Positions 16,208 through 23,443 of a stretch of DNA of 64,000 bases are shown piece by piece (position 1 is the stretch's first letter; each line of letters starts with the position of its first letter). Under the pieces are notes generated by a model. That model did not search any database. It had not been told where the DNA came from and saw only the letters and a program-made list of their open reading frames with translations. The position numbers were made by a program, and so were the translations under genes. Origin of the DNA: Myxococcota bacterium (GTDB lineage: Bacteria > Myxococcota_A > Polyangia > Fen-1088); the NCBI GenBank assembly GCA_025934105.1, contig JAICYS010000002.1, positions 2,239-66,238 on the forward strand. Direction: 5' to 3'.

Positions 16208-17184
16208 GCGGCTCCTTCTGGGCTGGTTGAGGGCCCCAATTGCCGAACGTCCACCAATTTGTCCAGAAGCATCGACACCGTGGCGGGCCCCATCAGGTTC
16301 AGGGACAGGGCCAGCTCGAACGGACCATTCGACGGCGCCGTGAAGCGGACGCTCTTGCTGGCCTCGATCCGCAGCGTTTCGCTGGTCGCGTCGTAGACGG
16401 CTTGATAATGACCTTCGTCGACGTCCAGACCGCCGCTGTCCCAGACCACCAGGAAGCGACTCTGAAGGCAGGTGTGGAGGCGATAAGTGTAGGAAATGCG
16501 GGCGGAAGAGGACTGGAAATCCTCGATGCGCAGGACATTGTCGACGGCGACGGTGTCTTCCGCGTTCCAGTTCCAGCGGACGGTCTCGCGCAGGAGGCCG
16601 CCGGTGTCGCCGGGCCATGGCTGGGTGGTCCAGCGGCCCTCCCGGTACGTGCCGGGATCCGACGCCGTGAAAAAATCGGGGGCGGCGTGCTTCCAGTTGC
16701 GGGGATCGGCGTCCGCGAGCACGCGCCCGGCCTGTTCAGGCGTAACTTTCGCGGTCACGCGCGTTGTGACCTCGGTGATCATCTGCTCCGAATCGAACGC
16801 GATAGTGGGCGGACCATGCTCGAGGACCTCTGGCGAATCAACGCCGAACAAGTGGTCGTGAACCGCGACCGCCGCGCACCCCTGGCACGAGCAGCCGCGC
16901 GGCGTCCGGCCGCGAAGGGCGGACGTGCGTTCGAATTCGCGGGCGTGCGGCCGCCCGAGCACCGCGGCCGGACGGCCGTCGACGCGCGCGAGAACCCGCA
17001 TGGCGGCTCCCCGCGTCAGGACGTCTTCCGCGCTGCGGGTGTGAGCCGCGAACAGGCCGGCGGCCGAATGCCGATCCAGCGGGCGCATGCGGGCCGGGAG
17101 CGAAACGGGGGGTTGATTGGTCTGCGCTCGCCAGGCGGCGAAGTGGCAGCCGAAAAGCGCCGCCCGCCGATTGTTCGCGTTCAT
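16204..17184 (-). CDS. Hypothetical protein, N-terminal extension + SRPBCC/START-like paralogue B (cluster ORF P7)
   Basis: ORF 16204..17184 (326 aa). The C-terminal ~180 aa starts like SRPBCC proteins (VTAKVTPEQAGRVLADADPRNWKHAAPDFF) and is paralogous to ORF 13796..14404. The N-terminal ~140 aa has no recognisable family and contains CSCQGC. Confidence 0.65.
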   Translation of the reverse strand: MNANNRRAALFGCHFAAWRAQTNQPPVSLPARMRPLDRHSAAGLFAAHTRSAEDVLTRGAAMRVLARVDGRPAAVLGRPHAREFERTSALRGRTPRGCSCQGCAAVAVHDHLFGVDSPEVLEHGPPTIAFDSEQMITEVTTRVTAKVTPEQAGRVLADADPRNWKHAAPDFFTASDPGTYREGRWTTQPWPGDTGGLLRETVRWNWNAEDTVAVDNVLRIEDFQSSSARISYTYRLHTCLQSRFLVVWDSGGLDVDEGHYQAVYDATSETLRIEASKSVRFTAPSNGPFELALSLNLMGPATVSMLLDKLVDVRQLGPSTSPEGAA

Positions 17185-17332
17185 GTGATGGCGCGCCCCG
17201 CTGTTCCGGCGCTCCGATGCTCGAACCCGCGCGGCATGTCTGACTGTAGAACGATCGATGCGGCGAACATTTTGAGACTATTTTTGGCGGCCGCGGGCAG
17301 CAACTGAGAACACTGAGGGCGGCTGGCGTTCT
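17185..17332. promoter_or_regulatory. Divergent intergenic control region between the two main units of the cluster
   Basis: A 148-bp gap separates the divergent starts 17184 (-) and 17333 (+). It is visibly more AT-rich than its surroundings (ttttgagactatttttggcgg). No promoter could be assigned with confidence. Confidence 0.4.
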
Positions 17333-18391
17333 GTGGGCGATGCGGTTCTCATCTACGGCGCGACCGGGTACACCGGCCGACTGATTGCGGAACGAGCGGT
17401 GGCGGAGGGGCTGCGGCCGGTGCTCTCCGGGCGGAACGGCCACAAACTCGCGGCCCTGGCCGATCGGTTCGGCCTGACGTTCCGTTGCGCGGCTCTGGAC
17501 GACGCCCCCGGGTTGCGGGCGGCGCTTCGCGGAGCGCGGCTGGTTCTGAACGCGGCCGGTCCGTTCACGGCCACGCTGGAACCGCTGGCCGACGCCTGCT
17601 TGCAGGCCGGCGTTCATTACCTGGACGTGACCGGCGAGATCGCGGCGATCGAACGGGCCGCGGCCCGCGACGACCGGGCCCGCCGGCTGCGCACGATGAT
17701 CATGCCCGCGGTCGGCTTCGACGTGGTCCCCTCCGATTGCCTGGCGGCGGGCGTCGTGGCCCGCTGCCCGGGCGCCACCCGCCTCCGGATCGGGATCGCC
17801 GGCCTCGACCTGGTCTCGCGCGGTTCGCTCAAGACCATCTTCGAACGAATCGGACAGGGGGTGACGGTCCGGCGGCAGGGGCGGCTGACCGCGTTGCCGC
17901 ATGGGGATCCGGAGGCGTCGCGGCTGTTCGACTTCGGCCGCGGGCCCCGCCCCTGCCTGGCCGTGAGCTGGGGTGACGTGTCGTCCGCTCACTTCACGAC
18001 CGGCGTTCCCGACATCGTCGTCTACTTCGAGGCCACGGTGGCGCTCCGCGCCGCCGTCGGATTCGACCAGGCCGCCGGTGGGTTGCTCCGCCAGCCGCCC
18101 TGGCCGGCGCTGCTCGAGCGCGTCGCCGAAGCCTTCCCGGAAGGGCCTTCGGCCGCTCAACGCGCCACCCGCTCGGCGACCATCGTCGCCGAGGCCAGCG
18201 ACGGCCAGGGCCTCACCGTGGGTGCCCGATTGCGGACCCCCGAGGTGTACGGGTTCACGGCGGCCAGCGCCGTCGCGGTCGCGCGGCGGGTGCTGGCCGG
18301 CGACCTCGAAATCGGCTTTCAGACACCGGCGCGCGTGTACGGCCCCGACTTTGTGCTTTCGCTGCCCGGTGTGACGCGGGAGGAGCTGTGA
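17333..18391 (+). CDS. Saccharopine dehydrogenase-like NAD(P)-binding oxidoreductase (trans-acting enoyl-reductase-like)
   Basis: ORF 17333..18391 (GTG start). The N-terminal Rossmann motif VLIYGATGYTGRLIAERAV and the overall ~350 aa length match the saccharopine dehydrogenase NADP-binding family. Confidence 0.75.
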   Translation: MGDAVLIYGATGYTGRLIAERAVAEGLRPVLSGRNGHKLAALADRFGLTFRCAALDDAPGLRAALRGARLVLNAAGPFTATLEPLADACLQAGVHYLDVTGEIAAIERAAARDDRARRLRTMIMPAVGFDVVPSDCLAAGVVARCPGATRLRIGIAGLDLVSRGSLKTIFERIGQGVTVRRQGRLTALPHGDPEASRLFDFGRGPRPCLAVSWGDVSSAHFTTGVPDIVVYFEATVALRAAVGFDQAAGGLLRQPPWPALLERVAEAFPEGPSAAQRATRSATIVAEASDGQGLTVGARLRTPEVYGFTAASAVAVARRVLAGDLEIGFQTPARVYGPDFVLSLPGVTREEL

Positions 18392-19452
18392 GTGGGCCGG
18401 GGCAGGCGGGCGAGCCGGCGCCGCCCCGCCACAGCACCGCCTGGATCGACGCCGTCGTTTGCCCTCTTCGGGTGCCGCGCGACGAGCTCGCTGCGGTCCT
18501 TCCGGCCGGCGGCGACTTGACGCTGGCGCCCGGCCGGCCAGGCCGCTTGCACCCGGTCACTGTCGAGGTCTGGCGCGTGCGCGACGGCAAGCTGGAAGCG
18601 GCCGGTGCTGACGCGCACCGCTGGTCGGAGCTGGCGGGCCGCGCCGCCGGTTTCGCTGCCGGGGGCGCGGTGGGGGCCGCGCTCGGCGGGGCGCTGGGCA
18701 GCTTGACCGGAGCGTTCGGGGGCGGACTGGCCGGCCTTCCGGGGGGCCCGGCCGGCATCGGGCTCGGATCGATGGCCGGCGGGCTGGCCGGCTGGTCGGC
18801 CGGGGCGGCCTTCGGGGCAGCCAGCGCCGCCGCCACGGGCGCCGGCGTGCTGGGCGGCGCCGGCCGCCTGATGAGCGAACGGGGATCTCGTCTGCTGGGC
18901 ACCTACGGCGAAGTTCTGATCACCACCCCGTGCGTCCTGCAGACGGCCCGCGGCCCGCGGCCGGTCGCCTACGTGCTGCGCATGTACACGGACAGCCCGC
19001 TCTCTCGGTGGGGCGAGGTTCTTTTCGGATTCGGGTTCGGCAAGAAACCGGCGCAGCTGGTCTTCGAACGCGCGTCGATCGACGTCCGGACCCGGGGCGG
19101 CCGCCCGTTGCTGGCCATCCGCCTCGGATCGCGCGCGGCCCGCGGTGGGCCGGCGGGCCAACTGGCGTTCCAGGACGATTTGACGGCGCCGCTGCTTGGC
19201 TGCCAGCGTGGCCGCCGCGTCCTGTCGCGGCTGGAACGCCGGTTCGATTTGCCCAGTGTGCGTTGCTGGCCGATGACCGCGCAGGTCCACCTCGGCGAGG
19301 GCGGCGTTCCGGGCGTTGGACCCGGCCGCCATCGCGTGCCCGCCGCCGGTCCGCGCGCCGGTGCCGGCGCGTTCGTCGCGACCGGCCTCAGAGTTCACCT
19401 CAGTCATCCGCAGCCCGTTCGATCGACAGCCGATCGTGGAACGCTGGTATAA
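18388..19452 (+). CDS. Hypothetical protein with central Gly/Ala-rich glycine-zipper-like segment; flanks weakly acetoacetate-decarboxylase-family-like
   Basis: ORF 18388..19452 (GTG start, GTGA overlap with the previous stop, gggaggag RBS upstream). Residues ~82-159 are G/A/L/S repeats (GGAVGAALGGALGSLTGAFGGGLAGLPGG...). Removing them leaves ~276 aa. GTYGEVLITTPCV...VAYVLRMYTDSPLSRWGEVLFGFGFGKKPA recalls the ADC-family core. The ADC call is low confidence. Confidence 0.6.
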   Translation: MSGPGQAGEPAPPRHSTAWIDAVVCPLRVPRDELAAVLPAGGDLTLAPGRPGRLHPVTVEVWRVRDGKLEAAGADAHRWSELAGRAAGFAAGGAVGAALGGALGSLTGAFGGGLAGLPGGPAGIGLGSMAGGLAGWSAGAAFGAASAAATGAGVLGGAGRLMSERGSRLLGTYGEVLITTPCVLQTARGPRPVAYVLRMYTDSPLSRWGEVLFGFGFGKKPAQLVFERASIDVRTRGGRPLLAIRLGSRAARGGPAGQLAFQDDLTAPLLGCQRGRRVLSRLERRFDLPSVRCWPMTAQVHLGEGGVPGVGPGRHRVPAAGPRAGAGAFVATGLRVHLSHPQPVRSTADRGTLV

Positions 19453-21615
19453 ATGGCCCGGCAATCGATGGATGGGCGGCCAATCAGGGTGGCGGTTCTG
19501 GGGGGCGGGTGCGCGGCCATTGCGGCGGCGTTCGAGCTCAGTCGCCCCCAGCATCGGGGCCGGTTCGAGATCACCGTTTACCAGATGGGCTGGCGGCTCG
19601 GGGGCAAGGGTGCCTCCGGGCGTGGTCCCCACGATCGGATCGAAGAGCACGGCCTGCACCTCTGGATGGGATTTTACGAGAATGCGTTTCGCCTGATGCG
19701 CGAATGTTACGCGGAGCTGGGACGCGATCGCGCGCGCTGCCGGATTGCCGATTGGCGCGACGCTTTCGTCCCCGCCGAGATGAACGTCGTCGCCGATCTG
19801 TCGGCGCGTGCTGGCTGGATGCCTTGGAAAGTGCTGTTTCCACCGACGCCGGGCAATCCAGGCGATCCGCCGGCCGAAAGCCGCCCCTGGACGGTTGGCG
19901 CCTACCTGGCCCGTTGCGTGTCGTTGTTGCGCACGTTGGTCGAATCGCTGCCCGAGCCGAGCCGCCGTGGCGCGGGCGGCGCCGAGGATGACGGAGGCGC
20001 TCCCGGCGCCGCTTCGCTTCCTCTGCTGGAACGGATTGCGCAATTGATGTGCTACGGGGAGCTCGCGACGGTGACGGCGCTGCTGGAAGCGTTGCGGCTG
20101 CTGGAGGGCGGGCTGGCCATCGCCCCCGTGCAAGCCCCCGGCGCGCTGCCGGCTCTGGTGGCGGCCGTTTCCGGCGCGGCGCACCGACACCTGGAAGCGC
20201 TGCTGGAAAAGGACGAAGGAACGCGGCGTCTGTGGGAGATCGCCGACCTCGTCCTGGCCGTTCTGCGCGGCGCCGTCCGCTTCGGGTTGCTGACGGACGC
20301 GCGCGGGTTCGACGCCATCAACGAATATGACTGCCGCGAGTGGCTGTTGCTCAACGGGGCCTCGCAACGTTCCGTCAACAGCGCCTTCGTGCGCGCGCTT
20401 TACGACCTGGCGTTCGCGTACGAAGACGGGGATGTCGGCCGCCCCCGAATCGCCGCCGGGCAGGCGTTGCGGGGAGCGGTGCGAGCCTTCTTCACGTACC
20501 GGGGCTCCTTCTTCTGGAAGATGACGTCCGGGATGGGCGACGTCGTGTTCGCGCCACTTTACGAGGTCCTGAAGAAGCGGGGCGTCCGGTTCGAGTTCTT
20601 CCATCGCCTGGAAAACTTGCGCCTGGCCCCGGCGCAGGCCGGGCAGACACCGCACGTCGCCGCCATCGAGTTCGACGTGCAGGCGGTCCCGCTCGAGGGC
20701 GAGTATCGGCCGCTGGTCGACGTGCGCGGATTGCCCTGCTGGCCGTCCCACCCCCTGTTTTCGCAGCTGGCCAACGGGAAGACTCCCGAGCGCGAACGTT
20801 GGGACTTCGAATGCCCCTGGGATCGCCGGCGGATCGGGACCAAGACGCTCGAGGTCGAACGCGACTTCGACTTCGCCGTCCTGGGGGTAGGGATTGGCGC
20901 CGTCCCCCTGGTGGCCCGCGAGCTGGTCGATCGTGAGGCGCGCTGGCAGGCGATGGTCCGGCACGTGAAGTCGGTCCCCACGCAGGCCTTCCAGGTGTGG
21001 CTGTCGGCGGACACGGGCGAGCTGGGCTGGCCGCACGGGACCGCCAACCTCTCGGGCTTCGTCGAGCCGTTCGACACCTGGGCAGACATGAGCCACCTCG
21101 TCGCCGAAGAGAGCTTCCCGCGTCCACCCAGGTCGATCGCCTACTTTTGCAGCGTGCTGCCCGACCAGCCGCAAACCGGGGACCTCGACCAGGCCCGCGC
21201 GCGCCAACGGGAGGTGAGGCGCAACGCCGTCACGTTCCTCGACCACCACGTGGGCGAGATCTGGCCGGGCGCCGAACGGGCGGGCGGCGGCTTCCGCTGG
21301 GAGCTGCTGGTCGCCGAACCCAGCGCCGGCGCGAGCGGGCGGCCGGTGCGCGGCCATCGGCAGTTCGATCAGCAATACTGGCGGGCCAACGTCAATCCGT
21401 CGGATCGATATTCGCTGGCCCTTCCGGGAACGCTCCGGTATCGGATCTCGCCGTTGGATCGGACCTTCGACAACCTGACCATCGCCGGCGACTGGACAGA
21501 CTGCGGATTCAACGAAGGGTGCGTCGAAGCCGCCGTGATGTCGGGCCGCCTGGCCGCCCATGCCTTGTCCCAATCACCTCCGCTGGCCGACATCGTCGGT
21601 TACGACCACCCATGA
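19453..21615 (+). CDS. FAD/NAD(P)-binding oxidoreductase, amine-oxidase/phytoene-desaturase superfamily (720 aa)
   Basis: ORF 19453..21615, with the ATG immediately after the previous TAA. It has the N-terminal dinucleotide fold RVAVLGGGCAAIAAAFELS and the C-terminal signature LTIAGDWTDCGFNEGCVEAAVMSGRLAAHAL, which is typical of amine-oxidase/desaturase-type flavoproteins. Confidence 0.8.
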   Translation: MARQSMDGRPIRVAVLGGGCAAIAAAFELSRPQHRGRFEITVYQMGWRLGGKGASGRGPHDRIEEHGLHLWMGFYENAFRLMRECYAELGRDRARCRIADWRDAFVPAEMNVVADLSARAGWMPWKVLFPPTPGNPGDPPAESRPWTVGAYLARCVSLLRTLVESLPEPSRRGAGGAEDDGGAPGAASLPLLERIAQLMCYGELATVTALLEALRLLEGGLAIAPVQAPGALPALVAAVSGAAHRHLEALLEKDEGTRRLWEIADLVLAVLRGAVRFGLLTDARGFDAINEYDCREWLLLNGASQRSVNSAFVRALYDLAFAYEDGDVGRPRIAAGQALRGAVRAFFTYRGSFFWKMTSGMGDVVFAPLYEVLKKRGVRFEFFHRLENLRLAPAQAGQTPHVAAIEFDVQAVPLEGEYRPLVDVRGLPCWPSHPLFSQLANGKTPERERWDFECPWDRRRIGTKTLEVERDFDFAVLGVGIGAVPLVARELVDREARWQAMVRHVKSVPTQAFQVWLSADTGELGWPHGTANLSGFVEPFDTWADMSHLVAEESFPRPPRSIAYFCSVLPDQPQTGDLDQARARQREVRRNAVTFLDHHVGEIWPGAERAGGGFRWELLVAEPSAGASGRPVRGHRQFDQQYWRANVNPSDRYSLALPGTLRYRISPLDRTFDNLTIAGDWTDCGFNEGCVEAAVMSGRLAAHALSQSPPLADIVGYDHP

Positions 21616-22400
21616 CGCGCGCCCGCCGTCCCAAGCTCCCGCGCAGCGAGCCGCATCGCTCGTTCGCGGGCGTCTTTTCGCCCGCATCGCCCCCGAACGG
21701 AAGCGGGGCGGGCCGGGGCAAGCCGGGCGGGTCGCCGCGGCCGTCCGCGCGCAAGACGCCGGGCGTGTCGGGTGGCGTGGCGGTCGGTTACCAGGTCATC
21801 GAGGACTACATCCGGCAAGGGCAGCAGTTCGCCCGGAAGTTCTGGTCCGCCGCCCCCGGCGCGCCGGCCAACGCGCGCGACAACATCGCCGACCGGATGG
21901 TCCGGAGCGCGTCGGATCTGGCCTCGCTCTTCTCTGAGTTCCTGCAGACCGTGACGGTGCCCGCCGACCGGCGTCCGCCCGGAAGCGCGCCGATCCCGGA
22001 CTTCGGCCTGCCCAAGCCCGGCCAACCCCGGGCCGCTCGCCCGGAGCGGCCGGCGAATCCCGCACCGAACGGGGGCGCCTCCGCCGTTGCCGCGGCCGCT
22101 CCGGCCATCTGGATCGACGTTCGGAGCCGCCGGCCCGTCGAGGTCTCCGTCGATTTGCGGCCCGGTCCCCCGGCGCTTCGTCTGATTGCGCACGATCTTC
22201 GCGCCGCCGGGGTCACCAGCGCGCGCGTCAAAGCCCCGCGAATCGAGGTTCGCCCCAATGAACACCGGGTGATCGTGCGGCTTCAGATCCGAGATGGGCA
22301 GCCGGCCGGTGTCTACAGCGGCACGATCCTGGACGGAGGGACGAACCTCCCCCGCGGGACCGTCGCCGTTCGGATCGACGGCAAGGGCCGGCCCGCATGA
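21612..22400 (+). CDS. Hypothetical protein, disordered N-terminus + helical module + Pro-rich linker + beta-sandwich-like module (cluster ORF P11)
   Basis: Same frame as tracked ORF 20997..22400, with the start at ATG 21612 (ATGA overlap with the previous stop). The helical part is YQVIEDYIRQGQQFARKFW...ASDLASLFSEFLQTV. The beta part is AIWIDVRSRRPVEVSVDL...RVIVRLQIRDGQPAGVYSGTILDGGTNLPRGTVAVRI. The layout matches P6. Confidence 0.65.
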   Translation: MTRARRPKLPRSEPHRSFAGVFSPASPPNGSGAGRGKPGGSPRPSARKTPGVSGGVAVGYQVIEDYIRQGQQFARKFWSAAPGAPANARDNIADRMVRSASDLASLFSEFLQTVTVPADRRPPGSAPIPDFGLPKPGQPRAARPERPANPAPNGGASAVAAAAPAIWIDVRSRRPVEVSVDLRPGPPALRLIAHDLRAAGVTSARVKAPRIEVRPNEHRVIVRLQIRDGQPAGVYSGTILDGGTNLPRGTVAVRIDGKGRPA

Positions 22401-23437
22401 GGCCCGCGCCCGAATCGGCCGCCCTGGTGCGTGACGTGCTGGCGGACTACGGGATGGCCACCCGGAACGCGCTGGCCCGCTACGTCGCCGCGGGCGAGCC
22501 GCGGCGTCACCTCTACGACCTGGCGGCCGACTACCCGTTGCGCGGTGGCCGCTCGCTGCGCGCCAGCCTGTGCATCGCCATGGCCCGCCTGTTTGGCGCG
22601 ACCCTGGACAACGCGATCAATTCCGCGGTGTCGCTCGAGCTCCTGCACAACGCCTTCCTCGTTCACGACGACATCGAGGACGAAAGCGACGAACGCCGCG
22701 GACGGCCCACGCTGCACCAGCTTCACGGCGTCCCACTGGCCATCAACGCCGGCGACGCGCTGGCGGTCATGAGCCTGCGTCCCCTCATGGAAAACCGCCG
22801 CACGCTGGGTCCGGCGCTGGCGCTTCGCATCCTGGAAGAAGCCGAACGGATGGCCCGCGAATCCGTCGAAGGGCAGGCCATCGAGTTGGGCTGGCGCCGC
22901 GACAACGTGGTCGATCTGACCGACCGGCACTACCTGCACATGATCCTCAAGAAGACCTGCTGGTACACGACGATCTACCCGTGTCGCGTCGGCGCCCTCA
23001 TCGGCAGCCTCGATCGCGCCGATCTGGACTGCTATCTCCGGTTCGCGTTCTTCCTGGGGGCGGCCTTTCAGATCGAGGACGACCTCTTGAACCTGACCGG
23101 CGATTCCGTCCGTTACGGCAAGGAGATCAACGGCGACATCTTGGAGGGGAAGCGGACGCTGATGATGATCCAGCTGTTCCAGCGGGCGCGCCCGCCGGAG
23201 ACCAGGAAATTGAAAGAGCTGCTGGCCCGCCACCGCAGCACGCGCACGCCGCAGGATGTCGCGTGGGTGCGCGGTCGAATGGAAGCGTACGGGTGTATCC
23301 AGCACGCCACCCGGGTCGCGCACGGCCTGGCCGGTGCCGCGCAGCACGAGTTCGAGCAATGCCTGGGCGCGCGCCCCGAGTCGCGCGATCTGGCCTTCGT
23401 CCGAGCGCTGCCGACCTGGGTCATCGCGCGCGCCTGA
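22397..23437 (+). CDS. trans-Polyprenyl diphosphate synthase (polyprenyl synthetase family)
   Basis: ORF 22397..23437 (ATGA overlap with the previous stop). The first Asp-rich motif is LHNAFLVHDDIEDESDERRGRPTLH. The second is FQIEDDLLNLTGDSVRYGKEINGDILEGKRTL, which reads DDxxN rather than DDxxD. Confidence 0.85.
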   Translation: MRPAPESAALVRDVLADYGMATRNALARYVAAGEPRRHLYDLAADYPLRGGRSLRASLCIAMARLFGATLDNAINSAVSLELLHNAFLVHDDIEDESDERRGRPTLHQLHGVPLAINAGDALAVMSLRPLMENRRTLGPALALRILEEAERMARESVEGQAIELGWRRDNVVDLTDRHYLHMILKKTCWYTTIYPCRVGALIGSLDRADLDCYLRFAFFLGAAFQIEDDLLNLTGDSVRYGKEINGDILEGKRTLMMIQLFQRARPPETRKLKELLARHRSTRTPQDVAWVRGRMEAYGCIQHATRVAHGLAGAAQHEFEQCLGARPESRDLAFVRALPTWVIARA

Positions 23438-23443
23438 CGCGCC

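Noticed and set aside
17255-17300. Sigma-54-like TGGC...GC pair in ttttggcggccgcgggcagcaa in the divergent region of the cluster.
   Set aside because: The spacing between the GG and GC dinucleotides does not fit the GG-N10-GC rule in either register I tried. There is no TTGCW-like -12 element.
18319-21573. 1084 aa ORF antisense to the ADC-like and FAD-oxidoreductase genes inside the novel cluster.
   Set aside because: It has the same shadow-frame composition (RPGA-rich, many HRR/GRR runs). The sense frames carry a Rossmann motif and the amine-oxidase C-terminal signature, and they show start/stop coupling with their neighbours.
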